Shown one piece after another: positions 13,965 through 26,411 of a stretch of DNA of 64,000 bases. This stretch comes from Octopus bimaculoides (lineage: Eukaryota). The translations under genes were made by a program, and so were the position numbers. The notes under the pieces are model-generated. The model did no database searches. It worked only from the letters and a program-made list of their open reading frames with translations, and had not been told where the DNA came from. The stretch spans positions 5,767,183 through 5,831,182 of the forward strand of contig NC_068998.1 of the NCBI RefSeq assembly GCF_001194135.2, read 5' to 3'. The first letter of the stretch is position 1. Every line of letters starts with the position of its first letter.

Positions 13965-14063
13965 ATGAGGTTTGAAACTACTGTCGGCTTCTTTGAATTG
14001 GCAGTCAGTCTGACTAGCAGAGTTCTGCGAGGAACAACATCATCGACCTGGTCTGGTGTTCTT
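13965..14063 (+). CDS. Candidate upstream/alternative first exon of NAGS (MRFETTVGFFELAVSLTSRVLRGTTSSTWSGVL) or a uORF-bearing 5' exon
   Basis: ATG in GCCGCCCACAATGA context, 99 nt open, then CTT|GTGAGT donor (phase 0). The S/T/R/L-rich peptide resembles a presequence. It is in frame with acceptors at 19632 or 19671 but not with the strong acceptor at 19547. It lies immediately after a 0.9-kb gap. Confidence 0.35.
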
Positions 14064-14425
14064 GTGAGTTCGCTTTTGCTTTCAAACACAAAACGATAAA
14101 CGATAAAACGAAAATCAGAGCCTTTTGTGACCACCCCTCCTTTAGAAAAAAAATAACCTCATTTACCCCATAATTCCCATTTATCTGTGAAAATATAATT
14201 AAGAATTTTAGAGAGTCTTAGTAAAGGAAATAATAATACTATCTAAAGTTTTTAATTAGTTGATATAAATTAGTTTTAATTAGTTGATATAATTAAGTTG
14301 TCAGTGTTTAGAATATAGATTGGGGGTGGGGGGTAGAAACCCAGGTTTCTTGCATAATAAATATTATAATAGAAAACTTTGGATTTAAACCAGAGCATTT
14401 AATTAATACTCATTAGCATCGTTAA

Positions 14426-14461
<36 letters not shown>

Positions 14462-15077
14462 TGATGAAAAGTTTGGATTCTAACGCAAAAAAAATGTTTA
14501 AACTGAGGTAGTCGTGTAGACCGGAGCTGTATCGGAACTATTTTGGTAGGTAGGAAAGAAATGAGCTACAAAAACACAAAAAAAAAAAAAAAGTGGCTGG
14601 CGCTAGAGATAGTTTTTGTTGCAAATTTTATTGTTTTTTTTTTTACTTGTTTTCTTCATATTTTTGTTAAGAGATGACAGAAAGGCAGAGAACAGAGGGT
14701 AATAATAATAATAATAATAATAATAATCGCTTAGATATTATTACCTTTAGGGTGGGCTGGGTAGTAGGTGATACCACTCGTCTCTAGTACATGATTGTTT
14801 CTTTACCCTGGAACGAAGCAAGGCATAGTTTATTTCAGCAGTATTTAAACTTGAAATGTAAAGAACCAGAACTATAACAACAACAATAATAATAATAATA
14901 GTATCTGACATAAAGCAAGGCCAGGATTTGTGGTTTATTTTATTGACCCCTAGAGGTATGAAAAAGGCAGTGTTGACCTCATTGGGTTTGAACTCGTAAT
15001 GTAGATGTGCCTTAAGTAAATTATTGCCAGGTACGTGCTCCAGTCCAATGCTGTAATGGTTTTGCCAATCTGCCACC

Positions 15078-15114
<37 letters not shown>

Positions 15115-16572
15115 TGATGATGATGATGGTAATGTTTTCTGCTATAGGCACAAGGCCTGAGATTTGGGGAAAGTGGGGGTAGTTGATCGCATCGACCTCC
15201 CCCCCCCACTCCTGTGTGTGTAACTGGTACTCATTTCTTTGCTTCTGAAGGGATGAAAGGCAAAGTTGACCTCGGTGGAATTCGAACTCGGAACGTATCG
15301 ACGGACGAAATGCTTCGCAGCATTTTGCCCGGCGTGCTAACTATTCTACCAGTTCACCACTTTAATAATAATAATAATAATGATGATGGTTTATTTTTTT
15401 TGTCACCAGGGAAAAAAATATAAGAAATTAGTGAAACCGAATGAGGAAAGAAGTAAAAAAACCATGGTTTATAAATACACATGGTATATATATATATACA
15501 CGCACACACACAGACATACATATANNNNNNNNNNNNNNNNNNNNNNNNNNNNNNNNNNNNNNNNNNNNNNNNNNNNNNNNNNNNNNNNNNNNNNNNNNNN
15601 NNNNNNNNNNNNNNNNNNNNNNNNNNNNNNNNNNNNNNNNNNNNNNNNNNNNNNNNNNNNNNNNNNNNNNNNNNNNNNNNNNNNNNNNNNNNNNNNNNNN
15701 NNNNNNNNNNNNNNNNNNNNNNNNNNNNNNNNNNNNNNNNNNNNNNNNNNNNNNNNNNNNNNNNNNNNNNNNNNNNNNNNNNNNNNNNNNNNNNNNNNNN
15801 NNNNNNNNNNNNNNNNNNNNNNNNNNNNNNNNNNNNNNNNNNNNNNNNNNNNNNNNNNCATTTCTTCACCCTCTTCATCTTCTGCATAATCATCATCATC
15901 ATCATCATCTACTTCTTCTATGATTTATATCATTGTTTCTTGTTTTTTTCCTTCTTCTTCTCCCCCTGACATTATTCTTATTACTGGAAATATAAATCAT
16001 AGCAAAGTGGTGGCTGTCAAAGAGTTTTGGTAGACAGGTGGAATTTAGTGACATCCAAGGAAATGTAATTGCATTTTTTGCTTTCACAATGATGTTTGCA
16101 TCAAGATGTGGTCAGACTTTGATTTCGTACTTCTGAAAGTGGTGTTTGAAAAATTGGAGGGTTGATACAGTAAGTACCAACTGTGTATTCGTGGCTGGCC
16201 TTCATCAAAAATATTTCAATTTGGTCTTAAATAAAAGAGAAGAAAAACGCTTATTTAAGTAGGAAGAACAAAACTGGAAGATGGTATTTCCCATGCCTTG
16301 GGGACGACAGAATAATCCGGGACTTTTTTTTACATGGGGTTTATAGTGAATTACCCTAGTTTTCTAGAAACTTCTTTCAAAATTCTTATTTTGTGTTTCA
16401 CTCATTAACTTGTGTTGGTTGAACTGTGTAAAATGTCAGAGAAACGAACCTAACTGCTTCTTGCAATACATATCAATGGGTACATCTAAAGCAGGGGTTT
16501 TCAACCATTTATTTTTATCTATTTTGATTACTATTTTATTCCGGTGGACCCCCATAGCCATTCGATGTTTAA

Positions 16573-16797
16573 CCCATTAAGTCCCACTGCCCTATAAATA
16601 GGACACGAAATGAAAACATTAAATAAGCTGTATCACATTGTCTCAGTGTCCTATTTATAGGACACCAAGTATTTCCATTTCTACTTGAAGTAAAGGAGTT
16701 TTAATAATTACTTTTTTTTTCATTTTAACCTATTTTCAATCATTTGTAAAAATTTAAAAGTAATATCCTGAAATTTAAGTATGTGGGGCTTAATGGG
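16573..16797. mobile_element. piggyBac-type MITE, 225 bp
   Basis: TTAA at 16569-16572 and 16798-16801; TIR CCCATTAAGTCCCAC / GTGGGGCTTAATGGG (14/15); internal inverted motif CCTATAAATAGGACAC / GTGTCCTATTTATAGG. Confidence 0.85.
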
Positions 16798-17568
16798 TTA
16801 AGGGCAACAAGCTGGTTGAATTGTTAACGATCACACAAAATCTCAACAGCATTTCTTCCAGCTCTTTATGTTATGTTTTGAGTTCAAATCCCGTCTCTAA
16901 GTTGAACCTTGCTGTTCATCCCTCCAGGGTCAATAGAATATTACACCTGTCAAGCAATGGTGTCACTCGAATCAATTAACCCACTGCCCTCAAAACCTCT
17001 GGCCTTACGCCAAAACTTCAAACCATTATATAATGTTGTTGTTATCATTGTTATTAATATTGACATTGTGTTGCCAACAGTTTCATGTAACCACTGCACA
17101 CAACCAGATGCAACTGCATCTTTCTGAGGTTATATGCATTATTGTCTCTTGTGGAATGCAGAAATTACGCATGTCTGTTGCATCAGCCAATGCTTTGTCG
17201 CAGGATTTATTCTGTTATTTCTGGTTGATTCTTTCACTTTTGCGTTTCATAAGTATGTTGTGTGTGTGTGTGTGTGTGTGTGTTTGGGACATAGCTGTGT
17301 TCTAAGTCTTGGTGCCGGCTGATGTTTGTATAAAAAGCATATGATGTGCCGGCTGTGTTAGGTTGCTGCGAGACTGTTGTTTAAAATTTGGGATGTATGA
17401 GGTGGTGGTGGTGGTGGTGGTGGTGGTGGTNNNNNNNNNNGTTTGTATAAAAAGCATATGATGTGCCGGCTGTGTTAGGTTGCTGCGAGACTGTTGTTTA
17501 AAATTTGGGATGTATGAGGTGGTGGTGGTGGTGGTGGTGGTGGTGGTATTGCTGCTGGTGGTAATGTG

Positions 17569-17614
<46 letters not shown>

Positions 17615-18146
17615 CAAATGACATGGCTACCTGTTCAAGACTACCTGTTCAGGGCTACCTGGTTCAGGGGACTTTTAGCTAAGGAACTGTTAGATTCCAG
17701 AAATTTCTAACCTGGAAGTGCTATGGATTGGCTGCGTTGTGTGAGGGAGACGGGAGGGGGCATATTTTGCTGATTAGGGATAGACTCTGTCAATATATAC
17801 ACACACACACACACACACACATATACATATATATATATTTGTGTCTGTGTTAGTCCCCCAACCATTGCTTGACAACCGATGCTAGCAGTTCGGCAAAAAG
17901 AGACCGATAAAATAAGTACTAGGCTTACAAAGAATAAGTCCTGGGGTCGATTTGCTCAACTAAAGGTGGTGCTCCAGCATGGCCACAGTCAAATGACTGA
18001 AACAAGAAAAAAGAAAAAAAGAGTATTGTTATCTAAGACATCGCACAATATTCCAATATCATGATGTTGTTGATTGAAGGTATTGTGTACACCGGTGGAT
18101 GGGGATGTTGTACTGTCTGTCAAGGACCTCATTTTTGCAGTATGCC

Positions 18147-18180
<34 letters not shown>

Positions 18181-19583
18181 TGTGTTCTGAGTTCAAACCA
18201 AGGTCAATTTTGCTGTTCACCCTTTAGCAGGTTAATGAAATAAGGTACCAGTTAAGTACTGGGGAGGTCTATGCAATCAACTGCTCTGTCCACAAATGTC
18301 TGATCTTATGCCAGTACCACTTAAATGGCACCTGTGCCAGTGCCACGTAAAATGCATTCAATACATTCTATAAAACGGTTCGCACTATGAAGGGCAACCA
18401 CCTACAGAAAGCATGCCAAAAACAGACAAGTGGAGACTGGTACTGCCCCCTGGTGTGCCAGCTCCTGTCAAACTGTCCAATCAATGTCAGCATGGAAAAT
18501 AGACACTAAATGATGATGATGATGATGATGATGACGATCAACATCATTATTATTATTGCTATTATCGTTGTTGTTGTTGTTGTTGTTGTTATCGTCAATA
18601 ATGTTAGACAGGCGCTCATAGAAGGGGCAGCAACTGGTGGAAATAGCGGGCTGCTAAGAACCGAGCTCCTTGCACTATTTGGTTATCTCCTCTTGTTAGC
18701 ATACTGAGTTTCAATCTCACCGGGTTTTCCATCCCTGTGACATTGAGAAACTGCACGTAATCCATTGAATCAACAGCCAGCCAGCCAACCAACCAACCAA
18801 CTTACCACCACCACCACAAGAAGAAGAAGAAATTTGTGGATTACTGCCAAAGTTATTTTTGCATACATTCTGAGGATCAGAGCATCAGAGACAAAGGACT
18901 CTCTCTCTGTCTTTTCTCTCTACTTCTCTCTTTCTCTTTCTCTCTCTCTCTCTCACACACACGCACACACGTGTGTACGTGATATAATTTGTGGTTCTTA
19001 TGTTTGTAAATAATAAGATATAGGATTTCACAGTTGAATTACCGAATATATAAAAGCAACACACACAAGACACCATGATGGAATCTTGGTTGATACTATT
19101 TATGTCAAGAGGGTGTGATTTTTGTGATACACACACACACACTAGCATATATTTATATTGCAACTCTAAAATAATAATAATAATCTTTTCTACTCTAGGC
19201 ACAAGGCCTGAAATTTTGGGGGAGAGAGGCAGTCGATTAGATCGACCCCAGTACGCAACTGGTACTTAATTTATCGACCCCAGAGGGATGGGATGCAAAG
19301 TCGACCTCGGCGGAATTTGAATAATAATAATAATAGCTCTCTCAGATTAAGCCACTCACACACACACACACACACTCATTTGATCTCACACACACACAAC
19401 CTGTGTTCTTTTTAGTTTTTTTTATATTTTTGTTACCTCCTAAATTTTATAGAATTTTTTTTTCTTTCCATATTTTCATTTTCCTTATCTGTATTCCATT
19501 ACCTCCGAAATATATTCTGATACATTTTGTTCTCGTCTCATTCCAGGTTTTACCTCCCACATTAAAGTGTTCTTTCCGTAAGC

Positions 19584-19852
19584 ATGCAAGCAGTGGTACC
19601 GAAATGTAACGGCCACACCGTTTTCACGCAGTGTGTGCGCTGTGCTCACACTTTGACCAAAAATGTTCAGGTTGTATCATCCAAAGAACTGCAACAGCTG
19701 ATGCAAGCAGTTCAAAATCTCTATTCCCATAACTATTGCACGTCCTGCTGCAAAATGCTGTCGCCGAAATTGAACCTGCATCGCAACACACGACTGTCTG
19801 AATCTCATCAGTTACCTTTGCTTCTGCCCATTGCCAATTTCTTCAATTTTCG
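19584..19852 (+). CDS. NAGS: NAGS N-terminal (presequence) exon
   Basis: 90-codon ORF with only 2 acidic residues, ending TTT CG|GTAAGA (phase 2), which joins the 23466 exon in frame to give FR-CSS, an R-2 MPP-like motif. A strong acceptor at 19546 (ttccag) lies upstream, with an in-frame stop at 19563. Confidence 0.6.
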
Positions 19853-22800
19853 GTAAGAATTTTTTTGATTCAGATGTCATGCTTTTTATCTATATCGGTG
19901 GTTCACAACCATTTTTTCCCCTATTCATCCTTTTGATTCCTCTGTCACCTGGGTGGATCCTCATAGACTTTTGATGGTTTAAAAAAATCCCATTATGTTT
20001 TTATAAATAAATTTTTTTAGGAATTGTGAATGTGTGGTAAGAAGCTCGGTTCCCAACTGCATGGTTCTGGGTTCAGTCCCACCGCGTAGCACCTTGGGCA
20101 AGTGTTTTCTACTATAGCATCGGGCCAACCAAAGCCTTGTGAGTGGATTTGGTAGATGGAAACTGAAAGAAGCCCATCATACATATCCTCCTCCTCATCA
20201 TCACTTAACATCTGCCTTCCATGCTGGCATGGGTTGGACAGTTTGACAGGAGCCGGCCAGGTAGAAGACTACACCAGGCTTCACTGTCTGTTTTGGCATG
20301 GTTTTTTAATGGCTGGATGCCCTTCCAAATGCTAACCTCTTCACAGTGTAGACTGGATGCTTTTTACACATCATCACACCGGCAAGGTCACCAGGTAACA
20401 TATATACATCTATGTATATATGTGTGTGTGTGTGTGTGTTCCTTTGTGCCTGTATTTGTCCCCACCACCTCTTGACAACCAATGTTGGTTCGTTTAAGTT
20501 CCCATAACTTCACAGTTCAGCAAAAGAGATCAATGAAATAAATACCAAGCTTAAAAAAAAAAAAGAAAAACAAAGAAAAAAGAGCACTGGAGTCAATTCA
20601 TTTGACTAAGAACTCTTCTTCAAGGCAGTGCCCCAGCATGGCTACAGTCTAATGATTGAAACAAGTCAGAGATAAAAGAGAAGAATTGCAATATGATTGA
20701 CCAAACAGACATTGGTGTCTTTGGAAGTTAAACCTATTCAAAGACAGATTTAATGACTTCTTAATACAACATCAATTTTGCCATGTCAGTTGTAGTTTTG
20801 GACTCTTTCTGGTAAGACTTATTCTGGAAAGCGTTATAAAGAAAGGCAATTGTTAAGCATTCAATAACTAATAATATTGTCATGTGTTTTCTGTTTGCTT
20901 TTTAGTTAGAATTATTATTGATCCGAATGCACTCGTAACTCTCTGAGTGTTTGTACGGAAATAAACCGATCTGGCCTTGTCGGATTGTTCTTAATGGCCT
21001 GGAAATACGTTTTGTAGTGCTTAAGTGTGCTTTTGCTTTTCGTATCAAAATAGCAAATGAGTCGTTAGTTAAGAGTTGACAGGAGCAGCAGGCAAAAGGT
21101 AACGGCATACTTAGAATCAGTCCATCATCATCATCATCATCGTCACCATCATCATCATTGTTATCATCATCATCATCACCACTATCATCATCATCATCAT
21201 CATCACCATCATCGTCGTCATCATAAAGGAATCGTAAGTTGTGGCAATTTGCTGTACTTGAGAAGATGTGTTAAGCAGAGTAACATTGCTGTCATCCATA
21301 CATAAAGGCTTGTCCTTTACAAGTGCCTCTGCCATGGAAAATGCACTTGGGCCAGTGGCACTTAAAAGGCATCTGGCACATTCTGTAAAGTGGTTGGCAT
21401 TAGGAAGGGCATCCTGATGTAGAAACCATGCCACAACAGACAATTGGTGTCTGGACAGCTCCTGTCAAACCATCCAACCCATGCCAGCATATTATTATTA
21501 TAGACGTTGCACAGTATACAATATCGTGAGGTTGTTGATTGAAGATATTGTGTTTACCGGTGGGGTTGTACTGTTTGCCAAGTCGCAACAAGGGCCTCAG
21601 AAGTTATTTTATTAAATCCTTTGTTATATTTAAAATTAATTGAAAGAAACACGGAGCATCTCAACAGAAATGTGGTAACGAAAGGGTTAAATTGAAAGGT
21701 ACAAATATGTGGCTATGTGATGAGGTTGAAAGAAAATACCCCAACATCTCTACATCAGCAAGAGAATTATTGATTCATTTTGCTTCGTCTTATTTGGTCG
21801 AATGTGGATTCAGTGCATTTGACAAGGGAAAACGGCTTTAAATTACAAAATGTAGTGATTTACTGCTGAAGTTAACAAAATTGTTTCCTCAAATCAAGAA
21901 TCTGTACCATATGCACAAGGCACAGGGTTCTCAGTAAACGATTCAAGATATCAGTCAGCCAGGTAATTGAATTAAAAATCGTGTTTCTGTATTAGAAAAA
22001 AAAAAAAAAATGTTGACAGGCACTAAATTTTTTGTTATTAAAATGTGGGGCCCTGGAAAATTTGTTATTAAAAAGTTGGGTACCGGAAAAAAAGGTTGAG
22101 AAACACAGCATTAAGGTGTGATAAGACATATGTAAAGGCAAATGTTTTATGGACTCGAAACTCCAGGTAACCCTATGAACCGGTCATATCTATCTTTACC
22201 TAAATACTCTATAACTTAGAGTGTGCTTCTCTTTTAGATTTATGATCTACCGACAATACATATATATATATATATATATATGTATATTCTATGTGTGTAT
22301 GTATATATATATAAATATATTGCTTTTATTGAATAACCATCTGGTGTAAGATTACTTCCGATGATGTAACAGAATGGAAGTGTGATGGCCATTGAACTTA
22401 TCCATGTGATATTGATTTATTCTTTGTCTAAAGATACCAATAATGGTAACAGCTGTGTCTGAGAGTCGATGAGGGGGGACCGTACTTGGTTGCTCAGTTT
22501 GCTAGAAATAAGAGCTAGGTCTTTGTCAAATTGTGCACAGCTTGCAGTTATTGAAAAACGACTTGTTTAATGATGTCTGGAAACTAAAAGTTGATCGTAG
22601 GCCTGGCTTGAATCGGAGTCGACCAGCATTTCATGTACTTTTACATTCCGAGTTCAATTTCCACCAAGGTCCATTTTGTCTTTTACCCTTTTAGGGTTGA
22701 TAAAACAAGTACCAGTTGAACTCTTGGGTTGATGGAATCTATTTAGCCCCTTCCCTGAAATTGCTGGCCTTGTGCCAAAATTCAAAACCAATATTTTTGT

Positions 22801-25800
22801 TCTTTGCCCCCGTTATTAATATTCAATGATCTTTTTCTAGCTTTGTTAAGTTCAATCATCTCTCTCTCTTTACTCTTTCACTTGTTTCAGTCATTTGACT
22901 GTGGCCTTGCTGGAGCACCGCCTTTAGTCGAGCAAATCGACCCCAGGACTTATTCTTTGGAAACCTAGTACTTATTCTATCGGTCTCTTTTGCCTAACTG
23001 CTAAGTTACGGGGACGTAAACACACCAGCATCGATTGTCAAGCAATGCTAGGGGGACAAATACAGACACACAAACATACACACACACATACATATATATA
23101 CATATATACGACAGGCTTCTTTCAGTTTCCGTCTACCAAATCCACTCACAAGGCTTTGGTCGGCCTGAGGCTATAGTACAAGACACTTGCCCAAAGTGCC
23201 ACGCAGTGGGACTGAACCCAGAACCATGTGGTTGGTAAGCAAACTACTTACCACACAGCCACTCCTGCGCCTGTTTAATTTTATTTCTTTTCTTTTTATC
23301 TAACCCCTAATACTAACATCTACCGTTCCCTAAGACCTTACTTTTCTCTCCCTGTTTCCGTCATTGTAAACCATCCACGTGTATTCTCTCTCTCTTGTTT
23401 TAATCGCTTCCTTCATTCACCTGACCCCGTAACACTTTATCCTATTTTCCGTTTTATTCCTGCAGTTGTAGCAGTACTACGAAGCCATACTGGAAAGATG
23501 TTGTCCGGTCGGTGCAAGCGGCTACGGTGAAAATGAAAAAGATGCAGGAGCCTGGCTATTATCCGGTTACCAACAGAGAAATGAACACAGACCTTAGGCG
23601 GTTCCTTAGTGAGGTGGGTGTCTGTTTTTTACTAACCATTGCCCTCACACTCTACCCTACCCTACCTTCTCAGTCTCTTCTTGTCTCTCTCTTTCCCTTT
23701 GTTTTTCTCTCTCTCTGTCTCTTTCTTCTCCCTGTTATCTCTCTCTCTCTTTTTCTCTCTCCCTCCATCTATCTCTGTCTATTTGTATGTCTGTCTGTCT
23801 CTTTTTCTCTTTCTTCCTCTCTCTCTTTCTCTGTCTTTGTCTCTCTCTCTCTCTCTCTCTGTGCCTATCTCTTTCTTCTCTTTCTGTGTTTCTGTCTCTT
23901 TCTCTTATCTTTCTCTCTTTTATCTCTCTCTCTCTGTCTCTGTGCCCCCACCTTGTCTTTCCTTCTTTCTCAATCTCTGATACCACCTCCTCTTAAAACA
24001 CTCTTCCCACACCTCAGCTCCCCCCCTCTATATTGTTTTGCCTCCTATCAAGCCATACTACCTCTGCTCTGCTCTGCTCTGCCTGTCTCTCTCTTTCTCA
24101 AACACACACCCTCTCACCATCTTTACTCCCCCACTTTCTCTTTCCCCTTCAAACACACTCTTCCTGGTTTTTCACCACCTCTCCCTTACACTGAACCATA
24201 CTCACCCTGTCCCCACTTTTCTCTCCCCACCCTGTCACTCCCCAACTACTACTACTACTACTACTACTACTCTAAATCTTGAAAATCACACTCCACTTTC
24301 TAAAATTAAAAAAAAAAAACATTTGAGCACTGCAATTCCTAGTTACTGAAAAAGACAGGGTGGTCACGGCTGAAGCGCCTTTAACCAGAAACCTGCTCAA
24401 CCAGTGGTGACTCAGTGCTAAACAACCTCAACAAAGGCCTGTGCTACTCAGTGGGCTCAAAGTTACCTCCCTTGTTCTCTGACTCTTCGTAAACTATTTC
24501 AAACTATATTTGCGTTACATTCGCAAATAGGAACAGCAATTTGTGTGTGATATATATATATATATATATGTATGTATATANNNNNNNNNNNNNNNNNNNN
24601 NNNNNNNNNNNNNNNNNNNNNNNNNNNNNNNNNNNNNNNNNNNNNNNNNNNNNNNNNNNNNNNNNNNNNNNNNNNNNNNNNNNNNNNNNNNNNNNNNNNN
24701 NNNNNNNNNNNNNNNNNNNNNNNNNNNNNNNNNNNNNNNNNNNNNNNNNNNNNNNNNNNNNNNNNNNNNNNNNNNNNNNNNNNNNNNNNNNNNNNNNNTG
24801 AGTGGTTGGCGTTAGGAAGGGCATCTAGCTGTAGAAACTCTGCCAAATTTAGATTGGAGCCTAAGTGTTGCCATCCGGTTTCACCAGTCCTCAGTCAAGT
24901 CATCCAACCCATGCTAGCATGGAAAGCGGACGTTAAATGATGATGATGATGATGATATATATGATGGTTTTTCTCTTTTTCCATTCTTCCAGGTTGGAAC
25001 AGACCCAAAGGAAGCCCGTTATTGGTTAAAACAGTTTGTTATTGGAGAGAGCATCAGACCATTTGCTGTTGTTCAAGTTGATCCTGAAGTCTTCTGTGAA
25101 AAAGCACAAGTAAGTTTTTGTTTGGGGGTTAATTGCTTCTGTCTCAAATCTCTAGCAGGCCTAGCAACCACATAGAGACTCTTTCATCAACTTGTCGAGC
25201 CATAACGTGTTTTTCACTCTCTCTTTCTATCCCTCCCTCTCTTTCTCCTTCACCCTCTCTCTCTCTCACATGTGTATGTCTTCTTTACAGCTCGAAGCCT
25301 TTGCCTCGTGTATTTCATTCTTGCACCGTAACAGTATGCGTCCGGTTGTCATTCTTGGAACTGACTTCAATGAGAACGAAACCATGAAAACAGAAGACTT
25401 TAAGGTAGGGTTTCAAATCAAGGCAAGAGCCTCTCTTTCCTCCCCACAACTTTTCTTTTTCAGTTTTGATTTTATTTTATCTTTTACTCATTACAGTAAC
25501 TCAAACTCATATACATCATGTAACTGACACTCACTCCAACTGAGAACTCCTACAACCACTCTACTACTACTGACTTCCTACAACGACTGACTGTCTGACT
25601 TTATAGTGGCTGGATCATACCACTTTGTCATGTGGGAAGGAGTGTACCATTTCCACTACAACATTTACCCATCAACATAGATTAGCAAGCATCGTCATAG
25701 AGACAAAAGGCAAAATGGTGAAGGAAGAAGCCAAAAATTCCTCTGCCATATTTGACCCTTTGGTGTTCAGATTATTCTATCAAACGTAATTCTTATTTAT

Positions 25801-26339
25801 TCAAACTGTTTTCAATTTAATCATGCAATATGTCATAGCTTCGAGATTTCCTTATTGTCATTGTTCATTTTTACAATGACATTGTAGGCGGGTTATGTGA
25901 GAGACCAGATCTGGCCAGTTTGGACATTAAATAAGTGGAGTATTTGGGCCAGATACGGCCAATTTAAACACCAAAGTTTTAAAAAAACCCTCCCAAACGA
26001 CAGTTTATAAGGTAGTTTTCACCTCTTGTGCATCCTTCACATAACAAAAAAATAATTTCTTTTTTGTTTCTGGTAACACATAAAACGCACCATCCGAACA
26101 TGGTCGATGCCAGTGCACATAACTGGCACATAAAAAGCACCCACTTCACTGTATTTGTTTTCGTTTCTGTTTTTGCAGATTTCTCGAGCTAAGATGCTTG
26201 GTGACTGTATAATCCTGACCAGCATGTTGGAATTGTTTGGCACCAATACTCGACCATTTTTCAGCGGCAGCAACATTGTAGAAGCAGTACAAAGCAGTAG
26301 GTCAGTCATTCTATCAGTCTATATCTCTCTCTCTCTCTA

Positions 26340-26411
<72 letters not shown>

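Noticed and set aside
13937-14134. Minus-strand ORF MVTKGSDFRF...
   Set aside because: No recognisable family; it is antisense to the better-supported + strand exon and truncated by a gap.
14505-14513. TGAGGTAGT, the first 9 nt of let-7
   Set aside because: The remaining sequence does not match let-7 and no precursor hairpin is evident.
17324-17547. Tandem duplication of about 107 bp
   Set aside because: The identical copies flank a 10-N gap, typical of an unmerged contig overlap.
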